DNA from: Parachlamydiales bacterium
GTDB taxonomy: Bacteria > Chlamydiota > Chlamydiia > Chlamydiales > JAJFMK01
Direction of reading: 5' to 3'
NCBI GenBank assembly: GCA_963765145.1
Contig: CAVXVG010000036.1
Location: 5,463 to 69,462 of the forward strand
Length of the DNA stretch: 64,000 bases
Each line of letters starts with the position of its first letter. The first letter of the stretch is position 1. This document shows, piece by piece, positions 36,432 through 45,442 of the stretch. A program made the position numbers and the translations under genes. The notes under the pieces were generated by a model. It was not told the DNA's origin, made no database searches, and saw nothing but the letters and a program-made list of their open reading frames with translations.

Positions 36432-36993
36432 CCCCCCTCAAGACCAACTCACGTCGATCGACATCTTCTACGATTTTTCTAGCCATGCTGCGCTAGACGA
36501 AAACTTGTCGCTAGCGGCCGCATTAAAAAAACCGCTTTTGATAGGAACCACAGGGGGAAAGATCGACCCCAAAACATTAGATGCTTTTGCTAAAAGAAAT
36601 GAGATCGCCCTATTCCATGCCTCTAGCTTTTCGATCGGCGCCCATCTTTTTTTGCGGCTTGTTGAAAAAGCTTCAGCTCTTTTGGGCAAAGGGTTTGATC
36701 AATGCCTTGTGGAAGAGCATCAAAAAACCAAAAAAGACGCCCCCTCAGGAATGGGTCTTTTGATTAAGAAGGCAACCGGCAAAGAAGACCTAGATATCCA
36801 TTCGATCCGTTTAGGGGGCTCTCTTCCAAGCCACTCTCTTCTATTTGACAGCCCTTCTGAAAGGATTGTTTTAAGCCACACTGCAAAATCAAGAGACCCT
36901 TTTGCAGAAGGAGCCCTCTTGGCAGGAGAATGGCTCATCGGTAAAGTAGGGTTTTATACGATGGAGGACTTTTTAAATGACTACCTTGCCTAG
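36325..36993 (+). CDS. dapB: 4-hydroxy-tetrahydrodipicolinate reductase
   Basis: KIGLIGFGIMG, DFS, IGTTG, EEHQKTKKDAPSG and FAEGAL. Start at ATG 36325. Confidence 0.9.
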   Translation: MKIGLIGFGIMGQALAKVAPTKGHTLSAIISRSLPSPPQDQLTSIDIFYDFSSHAALDENLSLAAALKKPLLIGTTGGKIDPKTLDAFAKRNEIALFHASSFSIGAHLFLRLVEKASALLGKGFDQCLVEEHQKTKKDAPSGMGLLIKKATGKEDLDIHSIRLGGSLPSHSLLFDSPSERIVLSHTAKSRDPFAEGALLAGEWLIGKVGFYTMEDFLNDYLA

Positions 36994-37870
36994 AGGGCTT
37001 TACACAGCACTAGCAACCCCCTTTGATGCAAAGGGAGAGGTCGACTTTGTCGGTTTAAAACAAAACATCGAAGAGCAAATCAGCGCTCATGTTTCCGGAA
37101 TTGTCTTGATCGGCTCGACCGGAGAGGCCGCTACTTTAACGTCAGAAGAAGAAAAAGAGATGATCGAGCTTGCTGCCCAGACGATCGATCGTCGCTGCAC
37201 GTTGGTTGTTGGCATCGGTAGCTCCTCTACAAAAACTTCTGTCAAAAAATTAAAAACCGCCCAAGAGTGTAGTGCAGATGCTGTTTTGGTTATTTCCCCC
37301 TACAGCAACAAGCCAACGCAAGAGGGGCTCTATTACCATTTTCAGGCCCTTGCTTCAGAAAGCGATATTCCCATCGTCCTTTACAACCATCCGGGAAGAA
37401 CAGGGGTTTCGATTGCTTTAGACACCCTCCGTCGCTTGTTAGCCCACTCTCATATTGCCGGAATTAAAGACTGTTCGGCAGACCTTGGCTACTTCATGGA
37501 ATTGTGCAGGTTGTTTAAAAACGACATCCAGATCATTTCAGGAGACGATGCTTTTGCCTACTCTCATTTAGGCCTCGGAGCTTCTGCCCTCTTTTCAACA
37601 GCTTCCAACCTTTTCCCTCACGTCATGGCCAAGCTGGTCTCATTGGTTTTAGAAAGACGTTTTGATGAGGCGTTATCGCTCCATTACAAACTTCTCCCCC
37701 TTTTCAATGCGCTAAACTCTGAAACAAACCCGATTCCGTTGAAAAAAGGGATGGAATTGATGGGGAAACCGAGCGGCTCTCCTAGGTTGCCACTCACCCC
37801 CCTTTCTGCCGGCAATACCGCCACTTTAGAAAAGATATTATGCAACGTTCGCCCAACATCCAACGTTTAA
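36977..37870 (+). CDS. dapA: 4-hydroxy-tetrahydrodipicolinate synthase
   Basis: GSTGE, LYNHPGRTG, GIKD, SGDD and ETNPIPLK. Confidence 0.95.
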   Translation: MTTLPRGLYTALATPFDAKGEVDFVGLKQNIEEQISAHVSGIVLIGSTGEAATLTSEEEKEMIELAAQTIDRRCTLVVGIGSSSTKTSVKKLKTAQECSADAVLVISPYSNKPTQEGLYYHFQALASESDIPIVLYNHPGRTGVSIALDTLRRLLAHSHIAGIKDCSADLGYFMELCRLFKNDIQIISGDDAFAYSHLGLGASALFSTASNLFPHVMAKLVSLVLERRFDEALSLHYKLLPLFNALNSETNPIPLKKGMELMGKPSGSPRLPLTPLSAGNTATLEKILCNVRPTSNV

Positions 37871-39003
37871 CCCCTAATTACATCTTCGCTGAAATCAAAA
37901 TCAGGGTGGATGCCTATTTGAAAAAGCATCCGGATGGCCGAAAATTGATTTCGCTTGCTTTGGGCGACACGACGCATCCTCTTCCTGAGGTTATTTCGAA
38001 TGGATTGTCAGATGCGGCATTGAAATTGGCCACCGATGCGGGATACAAAGGGTATAATCCCCTCCTTGGCCTAGATGCCTTTAGAGCTTCAATCAGTGAA
38101 AATATCTATCACAGCCACCTTTCTGCTGATGAAATCACCATCTCAGACGGAATCAAACCAGATTTAGCCCGTTTTGCCCTTCTATCGGGTGGCAAGCAAA
38201 AGGTGGCGATCCAAGACCCGTCTTATCCTGTTTATTTAGAGACGTCTTATTTGGTGGGCGACGAAGTTATTTTGCTTCCTGCTACAAAAGAGAATGGCTT
38301 TTTCCCCGATTGGTGCTCTTTGAAAGGGCCTCATCTGCTTTTTCTTTGCTCTCCTAATAATCCAACAGGTGTTGCAGCCACAAAACAGCAGCTCCAAAAA
38401 ATTGTGGACCACGCCCGAAAAGAGGAGATGTTGATTTTATTCGATGCTGCTTATCAAGCGTATGTAACCGATCCTTCTATTCCACGATCCATTTTTGAAA
38501 TCGAAGGGGCTAAAAGTTGTGCCATTGAATGGGGTTCTTTCTCTAAAAGCGCCGGTTTTAGCGGACTTCGTTTGGGTTGGTGTGCCATGTCAAAAGAGCT
38601 ACGCTATTCTTCCGGAGAATCTATTTTAGATGATTGGAAAAGGATATTGCATTCGTCTTTAAATGGAGTGTCTTACCTTTCACAGGTTGGAGGGATCAAG
38701 GCTTTATCGATAGAGGGGCAAAAAGATTTACAACAGATTGTGAAAGGGTATTTAGAAAATGCACGCTTGTTAAAAGAGGCGTTAATCAAAAAAGGGATCC
38801 AAAGTTATGGGGGCATTCACACCCCTTTCATTTGGGCCGATTTCGGGCCTAAAACATCGTGGGAAGCCTTTGATGAGCTGCTAACAAAATACCAGATAGT
38901 GACGACTCCCGGCGTTGGATTTGGATCGGCCGGAGAGGGTTTTCTCCGTTTCAGCGCCCTCGGCAAGCCCCACGACCTCCTCGACGCCCTCCAGAGAATG
39001 TAG
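37840..39003 (+). CDS. dapL: LL-diaminopimelate aminotransferase
   Basis: LALGDTT, CSPNNPTG, FDAAY, SFSKSAGFSGLRLGW and GEGFLRFS; dap operon context. Confidence 0.92.
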   Translation: MQRSPNIQRLTPNYIFAEIKIRVDAYLKKHPDGRKLISLALGDTTHPLPEVISNGLSDAALKLATDAGYKGYNPLLGLDAFRASISENIYHSHLSADEITISDGIKPDLARFALLSGGKQKVAIQDPSYPVYLETSYLVGDEVILLPATKENGFFPDWCSLKGPHLLFLCSPNNPTGVAATKQQLQKIVDHARKEEMLILFDAAYQAYVTDPSIPRSIFEIEGAKSCAIEWGSFSKSAGFSGLRLGWCAMSKELRYSSGESILDDWKRILHSSLNGVSYLSQVGGIKALSIEGQKDLQQIVKGYLENARLLKEALIKKGIQSYGGIHTPFIWADFGPKTSWEAFDELLTKYQIVTTPGVGFGSAGEGFLRFSALGKPHDLLDALQRM

Positions 39004-39600
39004 CTTAGGCTTTAGAAGTACTTGCAAAAATCGGATTGTTGGCTTTTTTTTAGAAACAGGTCCGAAGGACCGAAATATGAAAGCCCAGCGCCGAAGGCCT
39101 GGGTTACAAATGTGAAATAAAATTGGAGTCCTGAAAGGACGGCATAAAATATCTCCTGTAGTGTTTGTGGAACAGGATATGTCGTCCCTTCAGGACTCCA
39201 ATTTCTATTGGCATACTTACCCTGGCCTTCGACCAGGGCTTTCATATTTCGGCCCTTCGGGCCTGTTTCTGAGCTTAATCTGATTTTTGCAAGTGGCTCT
39301 TTAGAGCCACTTGCAAAATTCAGGCTCCAGATCACAATAGACCCGTATGCATTGCATTAACATAAGGAAGAGCTTCCTATAAATTTAACAGGATGAACAG
39401 GATCGCCTACGGCGACAGGATAAGCTCCGCCTAGCTTTATCGTTTTGTAAACAGAAAATTATTTTAGTTGGCGAAGCTTATCCTGTTCACCCTGTTCATC
39501 CTGTTATTTTTATCTTGTAACCAAGAGCTCTTAAGAGATGTTAAGGGCTTTATCAGAGTTCATTCTGATTTTTGCAAGTGCCTCTAAAGTCTAAGCTACA
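38999..39600. repeat. Nested composite of four repeat families
   Basis: Outer TGTAGCTTAGGCTT...AAGTCTAAGCTACA. Two TAGA..ACTTGCAAAA...TTTTGCAAGTG elements (39013-39301, 39302-39586) contain a family A variant doublet and a nonamer doublet respectively. Confidence 0.88.
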
Positions 39601-39621
39601 TTTATCGGGAAGCATTATTTT

Positions 39622-42429
39622 TTAGTGGATGTTTGGCTTGTAGGAGGTTAAGACGTGGCGGGTGCCGTCGCGGAAAGGCTGATCAGGGATGCTGTCGACC
39701 ATGACCTGTAACATCTGGTCGAGCATCAGAGGGTATCTTTCGGTTTTCAGCGCTGATTCATTAGGAGAATCAGCTGTTTCAATGTTCAATTCTTTTTCAA
39801 GCTCACGCTTATCAAAGTAGAGAGGAGGGCTTATTTTAACCTCTTTGATCGCATCTTTGAATGGCTTTCCGTCTTCATCAATGGCCTTTCCATCTAATAC
39901 AACACGGACAACAGAAATGTCGTATCCTTCCTCGACCATCGCTACGTTATTTTTTGCAACCAATGACACATTGATAGCATAAAGCTCATAGTCATCTTGC
40001 CCATTTCTTACGAAGGCAAGATGGGGTGCTTGAGTGTCAATAGTTCCCCCACCTTTGCCAATCCCATACAATAAGAATGCTCGCTTTGAATTAACGGAAG
40101 AAAGCTCTGATCCGGCCAAAACATTGGCCAAGTTCACCATCCTCGTCTCAGACCATCCCAACGGCGCTAACACCTTCTTATGAGCAGCAAAAGACTCGCG
40201 TCCAAGAACAGTTGGCTCTGCGCCCTTACCTAGGTCATAAAGAAAGACCGCCCTGTCAACAGCATTATCGATCTTATCGATAGCACCCTCGCCTGCATAA
40301 AGTTCTCTATCAAAAAGAAGGCCTACGCCCCTCTTTAGATCTGAAACATTGGTCCCTTTTGTCGCTAGCACTTCTTCTTGCTTTGTCTCAAAACCTTTTT
40401 GCAAGCCTGCATAACCCGCATATCTAGCTTGAGCACTATTTTCTAGAACCTGCAGCTGCGCCATTCTTCGCTTCTGACGAGTCTCGATTTGTTCCGATCG
40501 AGTCCCCATGCTTGTGTTGTACGAGTCAACGATCTGACGTAAGCCTGCACCATGGTTAAAATAAATGATGTAGAGCTTATTAGAGTCCCTAATGCTTGGC
40601 CTTTCTACAGCTGCATCAGCCTCTTCCAACCTTTTCTTTTGCAAGTCTTGAACGACTCCAAAAACAGCAGGGACTTTCTCTGCAGCACCATAGAGGGCAA
40701 TCTCTTCAGCCATTTGCAAAGCAATAGTCCTTTCGGCAAGCATTGCCTCTTCAACCTCTTCAAGGTTGCCTTTGGTTTCGAAAAAAAGGCGCACTACCGT
40801 TGCATTAAAATTGGGCGTCCCCTCATCGGTCACCAACCCTTTTTCATGTAGTTCAGAAATGATCTTGTTTCTCTCATCTCTTAGCCCGCCTACAGCAAGA
40901 TATGCAGTTTCTAGGACCCCTGGTAACATTTTCACCGACTGAACCTTTAAGACCGCATCCGCAATTATTTCCACAATACTGTTGGTCTTTAATGCTGGAT
41001 TTTGTTCAATCCACAAGTTCACCATATCTTGAACCATTTCTATGGCGAGCGCGTCGTAATCGGCTGCCTCTTTATTAATAGCCTTTAACCCCTTGTTTAT
41101 CTTCTTTTCCAACTGCCCCATGAGCGCTATTTGTTGATCTATTTGCCCAACATGACGGAGCTGCTTTGTCAAAAAGAGATAACCGCCTTCTTTTTGTCTT
41201 TCTTCTCGCTGACTCAAGATCTCTTGTAATTGGCTCTTAGCAGCTTCAATACGTCTCTGTAAAATGGGGTTTGGATAAGCTTGCTGTATCTTCTCTGCCC
41301 TGTTGATTTCTCGTAAAAGGACAAGCACCTGATCCTGAGAGGTTCCAAAGTCACTTCCATCGCTTTTAATTTGTGCGACTTGCGACTGTAAAACTTTCAA
41401 CTCTTTAACCAAACCACTTGTCATCACCTGCAAAAACCACACTTTGAATCGGTCAACTAAAAATAATGCTGGCTTTGTAGTTTCTATGTCTAAATGGACC
41501 TCATGCAACTGACGGAGCTTCACTATCCAATCGACTTCTTTTTCGGACAGCTTGACGTCCGCTCCTGACAAAACGGCGATCCGCAACTTTTGAAAAACTG
41601 TACTTCCCTCTTTCTCTCTTAATAATGAAAGTGCCTCTAATTGCACTGAAGGCGAGTCGATCAGCTCGTTTAAAGTGCCTAACCAAACCGCTGCGCTATC
41701 AGCATTGAGAACGTGAGGTGTAAAGGTTTCACCCATTTTTTCTTTGATGGCAGCCACCATCTTAGTGATCGTTGTAGGGTCAATTGCTTCTTGCCCCAAA
41801 AGTTCGGTGAAGTCTTTCATCCGATTTTTTTGAAGGGCCATCTGACGTTCAATGACCGACTTGTCAGGCTCTACTAAATCCGTTTTATCCAACTTCTCGT
41901 AAGCGCCCATCCATTTCTGATAGTCTGCAACAAGGAGTTGCAATCTTGCTTTCATCTTTTCTTGATCCGGAGCTGCAGCTTTGACCCCTAGTAAGCCGGC
42001 TTTAAGGAATGTCCCTTCCAATTTTTCGTTTTCTTCAAGCCTTGCAAGCCTGTCTTTAGGTAAAAGCGCGTTGAAACCTTTGAGAGGGTTTAGGCGACGC
42101 TGGCGAATGTTTTTAGCATCTTGCAGCTGAGAAAAAAGGTGATCTGCCCCTAGCCCTTTGACTTTTGTTTGGGTGACTTGACTATAATCGCCTTTTAATA
42201 CTTTCTCGATTCGGGTAAGTGTGTTGTCTCCCCCTCCACGTAGGAACGTTTGGAGGGCAGAAGAATCGGTAAATTTAGCCTCTTTAAATATTTCAAGGGC
42301 TTTAAGCATAAATTCCCGTTGGTTAGGCGTGAGCCTTTTCATACGGGATTGAAAATCAGTTATCTGAATGGTAGAAAGATTGTCAACAAACTGATCGAGC
42401 CGCTGCCCAAAGTTGACATCACCACTCAT
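39622..42429 (-). CDS. Large coiled-coil orphan protein, putative T3SS substrate
   Basis: 935-aa ORF with GGAGG RBS, downstream of a SycD-like chaperone. Confidence 0.75.
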   Translation of the reverse strand: MSGDVNFGQRLDQFVDNLSTIQITDFQSRMKRLTPNQREFMLKALEIFKEAKFTDSSALQTFLRGGGDNTLTRIEKVLKGDYSQVTQTKVKGLGADHLFSQLQDAKNIRQRRLNPLKGFNALLPKDRLARLEENEKLEGTFLKAGLLGVKAAAPDQEKMKARLQLLVADYQKWMGAYEKLDKTDLVEPDKSVIERQMALQKNRMKDFTELLGQEAIDPTTITKMVAAIKEKMGETFTPHVLNADSAAVWLGTLNELIDSPSVQLEALSLLREKEGSTVFQKLRIAVLSGADVKLSEKEVDWIVKLRQLHEVHLDIETTKPALFLVDRFKVWFLQVMTSGLVKELKVLQSQVAQIKSDGSDFGTSQDQVLVLLREINRAEKIQQAYPNPILQRRIEAAKSQLQEILSQREERQKEGGYLFLTKQLRHVGQIDQQIALMGQLEKKINKGLKAINKEAADYDALAIEMVQDMVNLWIEQNPALKTNSIVEIIADAVLKVQSVKMLPGVLETAYLAVGGLRDERNKIISELHEKGLVTDEGTPNFNATVVRLFFETKGNLEEVEEAMLAERTIALQMAEEIALYGAAEKVPAVFGVVQDLQKKRLEEADAAVERPSIRDSNKLYIIYFNHGAGLRQIVDSYNTSMGTRSEQIETRQKRRMAQLQVLENSAQARYAGYAGLQKGFETKQEEVLATKGTNVSDLKRGVGLLFDRELYAGEGAIDKIDNAVDRAVFLYDLGKGAEPTVLGRESFAAHKKVLAPLGWSETRMVNLANVLAGSELSSVNSKRAFLLYGIGKGGGTIDTQAPHLAFVRNGQDDYELYAINVSLVAKNNVAMVEEGYDISVVRVVLDGKAIDEDGKPFKDAIKEVKISPPLYFDKRELEKELNIETADSPNESALKTERYPLMLDQMLQVMVDSIPDQPFRDGTRHVLTSYKPNIH

Positions 42430-42430
42430 A

Positions 42431-42634
42431 CTATTTCCTCCGATTAGCAGCGAGTAGGGCTAACACCGTTGCAGCTGCTGCAGTTTTAGAAGGAGGATTT
42501 GCTCCCTCTTTTGGAACAGAAACCGAATCAGCAAGGAGTGTCTTGTTTTCGACGTTGTGTCCTTCAGAGTCGGTTGGCCCTACCGGGTGGTGATAGGATG
42601 GACTGATGTGTCCTTTTCCAAGTGGATCTAGCAT
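42431..42634 (-). CDS. Small Ser/Pro-rich protein
   Basis: AAGGAG RBS; tightly packed between the chaperone and the large ORF. Confidence 0.6.
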   Translation of the reverse strand: MLDPLGKGHISPSYHHPVGPTDSEGHNVENKTLLADSVSVPKEGANPPSKTAAAATVLALLAANRRK

Positions 42635-42644
42635 ATTTAACTCC

Positions 42645-43415
42645 TTAAGAAAATGTTTTTAGTTTTTTACTGATTTGTTTAACTTTGGGCTTTAAAAAAG
42701 CATATTCTTGGTTCTTCATTTTTTCTTTAGCCAGATGAAGATGCTCTTCTGCCTCGTTGGGTATCTTTAAGTCTAAAAAGCAGTCAGCAAGAAACAGCTC
42801 GACGATTGGGTCGTTGTCTCGGATATGTTTACTTTTTTTATAGGCTGAAACTGCATGTTCAAAATCGCCCCTTTCTTGGTAGGCAATGGCAAGCCCCAAC
42901 CAAAACTCGTACACACCCCCATTCAAGTGGGTCAGGAGAAAGAAAAGAGCGCCTGCTTTTTCATAATTGTCTTCCTGCAAAAAATGTCGTCCGACTTGGT
43001 AAAAATAGGACATCGTTTCGTTAGAGATAAAAAAGGCTTCTTGCAATGTTTTGCCACTTTGCAAAACGGTGTCCAAAAACTCGCCTGAAGGGCTGATCGA
43101 CTCCATGAATTCAAGCCACCGTTCATATTCGCGACGGACGCGCATCGACTCATCATCATCGAGCCCCCCTAACACCTGAGGCAACCCCTCAGCCAGCGCA
43201 TTATATCCGGCCACAACCTCGTCGAAGGTATAGAACGACTCGGCTTTGATCTCTTGTTGGAATTGAGCCAACAATTGATTGGTATCTTTTAACGGTTGAG
43301 GGTGGCGCGCTAGATAGTCGGCCACTTTCATCTCGGCAGCTGCAGAGACCAAACGGGAAAAATAGGCCTCATCCTCTTCTGTGATTTCCCAATCTTCTTG
43401 AATATGTTCGTCCAT
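42645..43415 (-). CDS. TPR protein, SycD/LcrH-like type III secretion chaperone
   Basis: YQVGRHFLQEDNYEKAGALFFLLTHLN...FWLGLAIAYQERGDFEHAVSAY. Confidence 0.75.
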   Translation of the reverse strand: MDEHIQEDWEITEEDEAYFSRLVSAAAEMKVADYLARHPQPLKDTNQLLAQFQQEIKAESFYTFDEVVAGYNALAEGLPQVLGGLDDDESMRVRREYERWLEFMESISPSGEFLDTVLQSGKTLQEAFFISNETMSYFYQVGRHFLQEDNYEKAGALFFLLTHLNGGVYEFWLGLAIAYQERGDFEHAVSAYKKSKHIRDNDPIVELFLADCFLDLKIPNEAEEHLHLAKEKMKNQEYAFLKPKVKQISKKLKTFS

Positions 43416-43549
43416 AAAACCTCACATCGGAATCTATCTAATTCATAAACTTTTTATATTTAGAAAAAGTAAATTATTTTAGATAAAATCAAACTAAGAT
43501 CGCCTAACGCCAAAGCCTTCAATGTAAAAGATATTATTTTTCTCGCTTT

Positions 43550-43633
43550 AGCGTTTGGAGTGCTAAACTCCTGTTTAGCTTTCACTTTCACTGATAAGTC
43601 AAAGCTAAACAGGAGTTTAGCACTCCAAACGCT
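43550..43633. repeat. GGAG-type REP doublet
   Basis: Perfect 33-bp inverted repeat at 43550-43582 and 43601-43633. Confidence 0.92.
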
Positions 43634-43699
43634 TCGCGCTATTTAAATAACATTAAGTGGTGGACGGCTTGAGTATTAAGGGATTAAAATGGGAGCCTC

Positions 43700-45442
43700 A
43701 TGAAACGATTCTGGTTCTTTTTTTTGCTCGTATTTTCTCTGCAGGCAATTGATTATCAGGTGTTTTTTGAGGGGGCAAACGAAAAACAAGCCTCATTGTT
43801 AAGAGAAATTTCGCAAACCAAGCAGCTAGAGAAGACACCTCCTTCCACCCCTATCGCCCTCAGAAAAAGAGCCGAAGCAGACATCCCCCTCCTCCTCTCA
43901 GGGCTGCAGAGCTTAGGGCTGTACGGAGCTTCGGTCACTGTGATGCTAGACACGGAAAGAAGCCCGGCCGTTGTCGTTTTTAAAATTAAACCTGGTATCG
44001 TCTTCACCTTAGGAGAGATAGAAGTTGAGCTAGAGGGCGATACCGAAGAAAACCCGGTTGATGGGGTCACCCCCCGAGACCTTGGGCTATTGATCGGATC
44101 GCCTGCCTTACCGGAAACAATTTTAGAAGCCGAAGACCTCCTGCTGCAGATTTTAAAGAAACGGGGCTACCTCTTTGCTATTATCGAGAAAAAAGTGATC
44201 GCAAAAGAGGCCACTTCAGAACTTTCGATTGTTTTCATTGTTCGCTCGGGCCCGCACGTTCGCTTTGGCCCCACCGCTATTTTTGGCTTAGACAGTGTCA
44301 ATCAAGACTATGTGGAATCAAAAATTGCTTGGAAGGAGGGAGATCCATATGACCCCAATCTCCTGACCCAAACCCAAGCGGCCCTTGAAGGGACCGGCCT
44401 TTTTACCACCATCGCCTTTGAACATGAGAAAGAGCCCTCAGTAGAAGGAGAGCTTCCTTTTGACATCATTTTGCAAGAGGGTTACCACCGAACCATAGGT
44501 ATAGGTGCCGCTTACAATACCTCTTTAGGCCCAGGCGTCAGCTTCAATTGGGACCATAGAAACGCTTTCAGCCGTGGACACAAGGTAGCCGCTTCGGCCG
44601 ATCTGTTTTGGATCAGACAAAATGGGAAGGTGGAATACACAATACCTCAGTTTTTTCAGTCCAACCAACGCTTACGCTTTGTCGGAGAACTTGAAAAAGA
44701 AAAAACAGAGGGTTTTACAGAAACCTTTTATAGCGCCTTCACCTATTTAGACCGTTTTCCCTCCAACTGTTGGCGTTACTCGATAGGATTTGGTTATAAA
44801 CAGCTCTTTAGCTCCAATTCCAATAACAACGAACCGTTCGCACTTCTAAAGCTTCCTTTAACCACAAAGCTTTCTTTCATAGATGATCCGCTTGATCCTA
44901 CTACAGGCAGCCTTCTGTTTATGAAAGCGATACCCACATACCGTTTTAATCGAAACGAGTTCTTCTACACAATTTTGGAAGGGATTGGCTCTAGCTACTA
45001 TCCAATCGACTGGCTCCTTCCGCAGGTTTTAGCCTTCAAGATCCACATCGGTTCGATTGTGGGGCCAGGCACTGTGACTATACCTCCTCCGGAGCGTTTT
45101 TATGCAGGCTCTGACTGCACACTAAGAGGTTATAAATACCTTACCGTCAGTCCACTCAATCACGAAGGCAAACCGATCGGAGGCAGATCATTGGCAATTT
45201 TTTCTGCAGAGCATCGCATCAGGCTGACACCTGAAATTGGGTTTGTTAGCTTTTACGATGTGGGGAATGTCTACGATCAGTCGTTGCCAAGGCTTGACCA
45301 AAAGCAGCTGCAATCCATTGGCGTTGGTTTCCGTTATTATACTCCTGTAGGACCATTGAGAGCCGATATTGCATTCCCGTTAAACAAACGACCTATAGAC
45401 AACAATTTCCAAATCTACTTGAGTATAGGTCAGTCGTTCTAA
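43700..45442 (+). CDS. tamA: TamA-like Omp85 outer membrane protein
   Basis: POTRA-like region, RFYAG..LRGY, GFRYYTPVGPLRADIA and C-terminal SIGQSF; adjacent to tamB. Confidence 0.8.
   Translation: MKRFWFFFLLVFSLQAIDYQVFFEGANEKQASLLREISQTKQLEKTPPSTPIALRKRAEADIPLLLSGLQSLGLYGASVTVMLDTERSPAVVVFKIKPGIVFTLGEIEVELEGDTEENPVDGVTPRDLGLLIGSPALPETILEAEDLLLQILKKRGYLFAIIEKKVIAKEATSELSIVFIVRSGPHVRFGPTAIFGLDSVNQDYVESKIAWKEGDPYDPNLLTQTQAALEGTGLFTTIAFEHEKEPSVEGELPFDIILQEGYHRTIGIGAAYNTSLGPGVSFNWDHRNAFSRGHKVAASADLFWIRQNGKVEYTIPQFFQSNQRLRFVGELEKEKTEGFTETFYSAFTYLDRFPSNCWRYSIGFGYKQLFSSNSNNNEPFALLKLPLTTKLSFIDDPLDPTTGSLLFMKAIPTYRFNRNEFFYTILEGIGSSYYPIDWLLPQVLAFKIHIGSIVGPGTVTIPPPERFYAGSDCTLRGYKYLTVSPLNHEGKPIGGRSLAIFSAEHRIRLTPEIGFVSFYDVGNVYDQSLPRLDQKQLQSIGVGFRYYTPVGPLRADIAFPLNKRPIDNNFQIYLSIGQSF

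Noticed and set aside
39012-39335. 107-aa ORF, and similarly 10154-10435 and 10233-10451
   Set aside because: They lie wholly or largely within palindromic repeat composites, with no RBS or recognisable domain.
43558-43625. CIRCE (HrcA operator) half-sites GAGTGCTAA and TTAGCACTC
   Set aside because: They are in reversed order and about 50 bp apart rather than TTAGCACTC-N9-GAGTGCTAA. They are parts of a REP doublet and no chaperone gene is adjacent.
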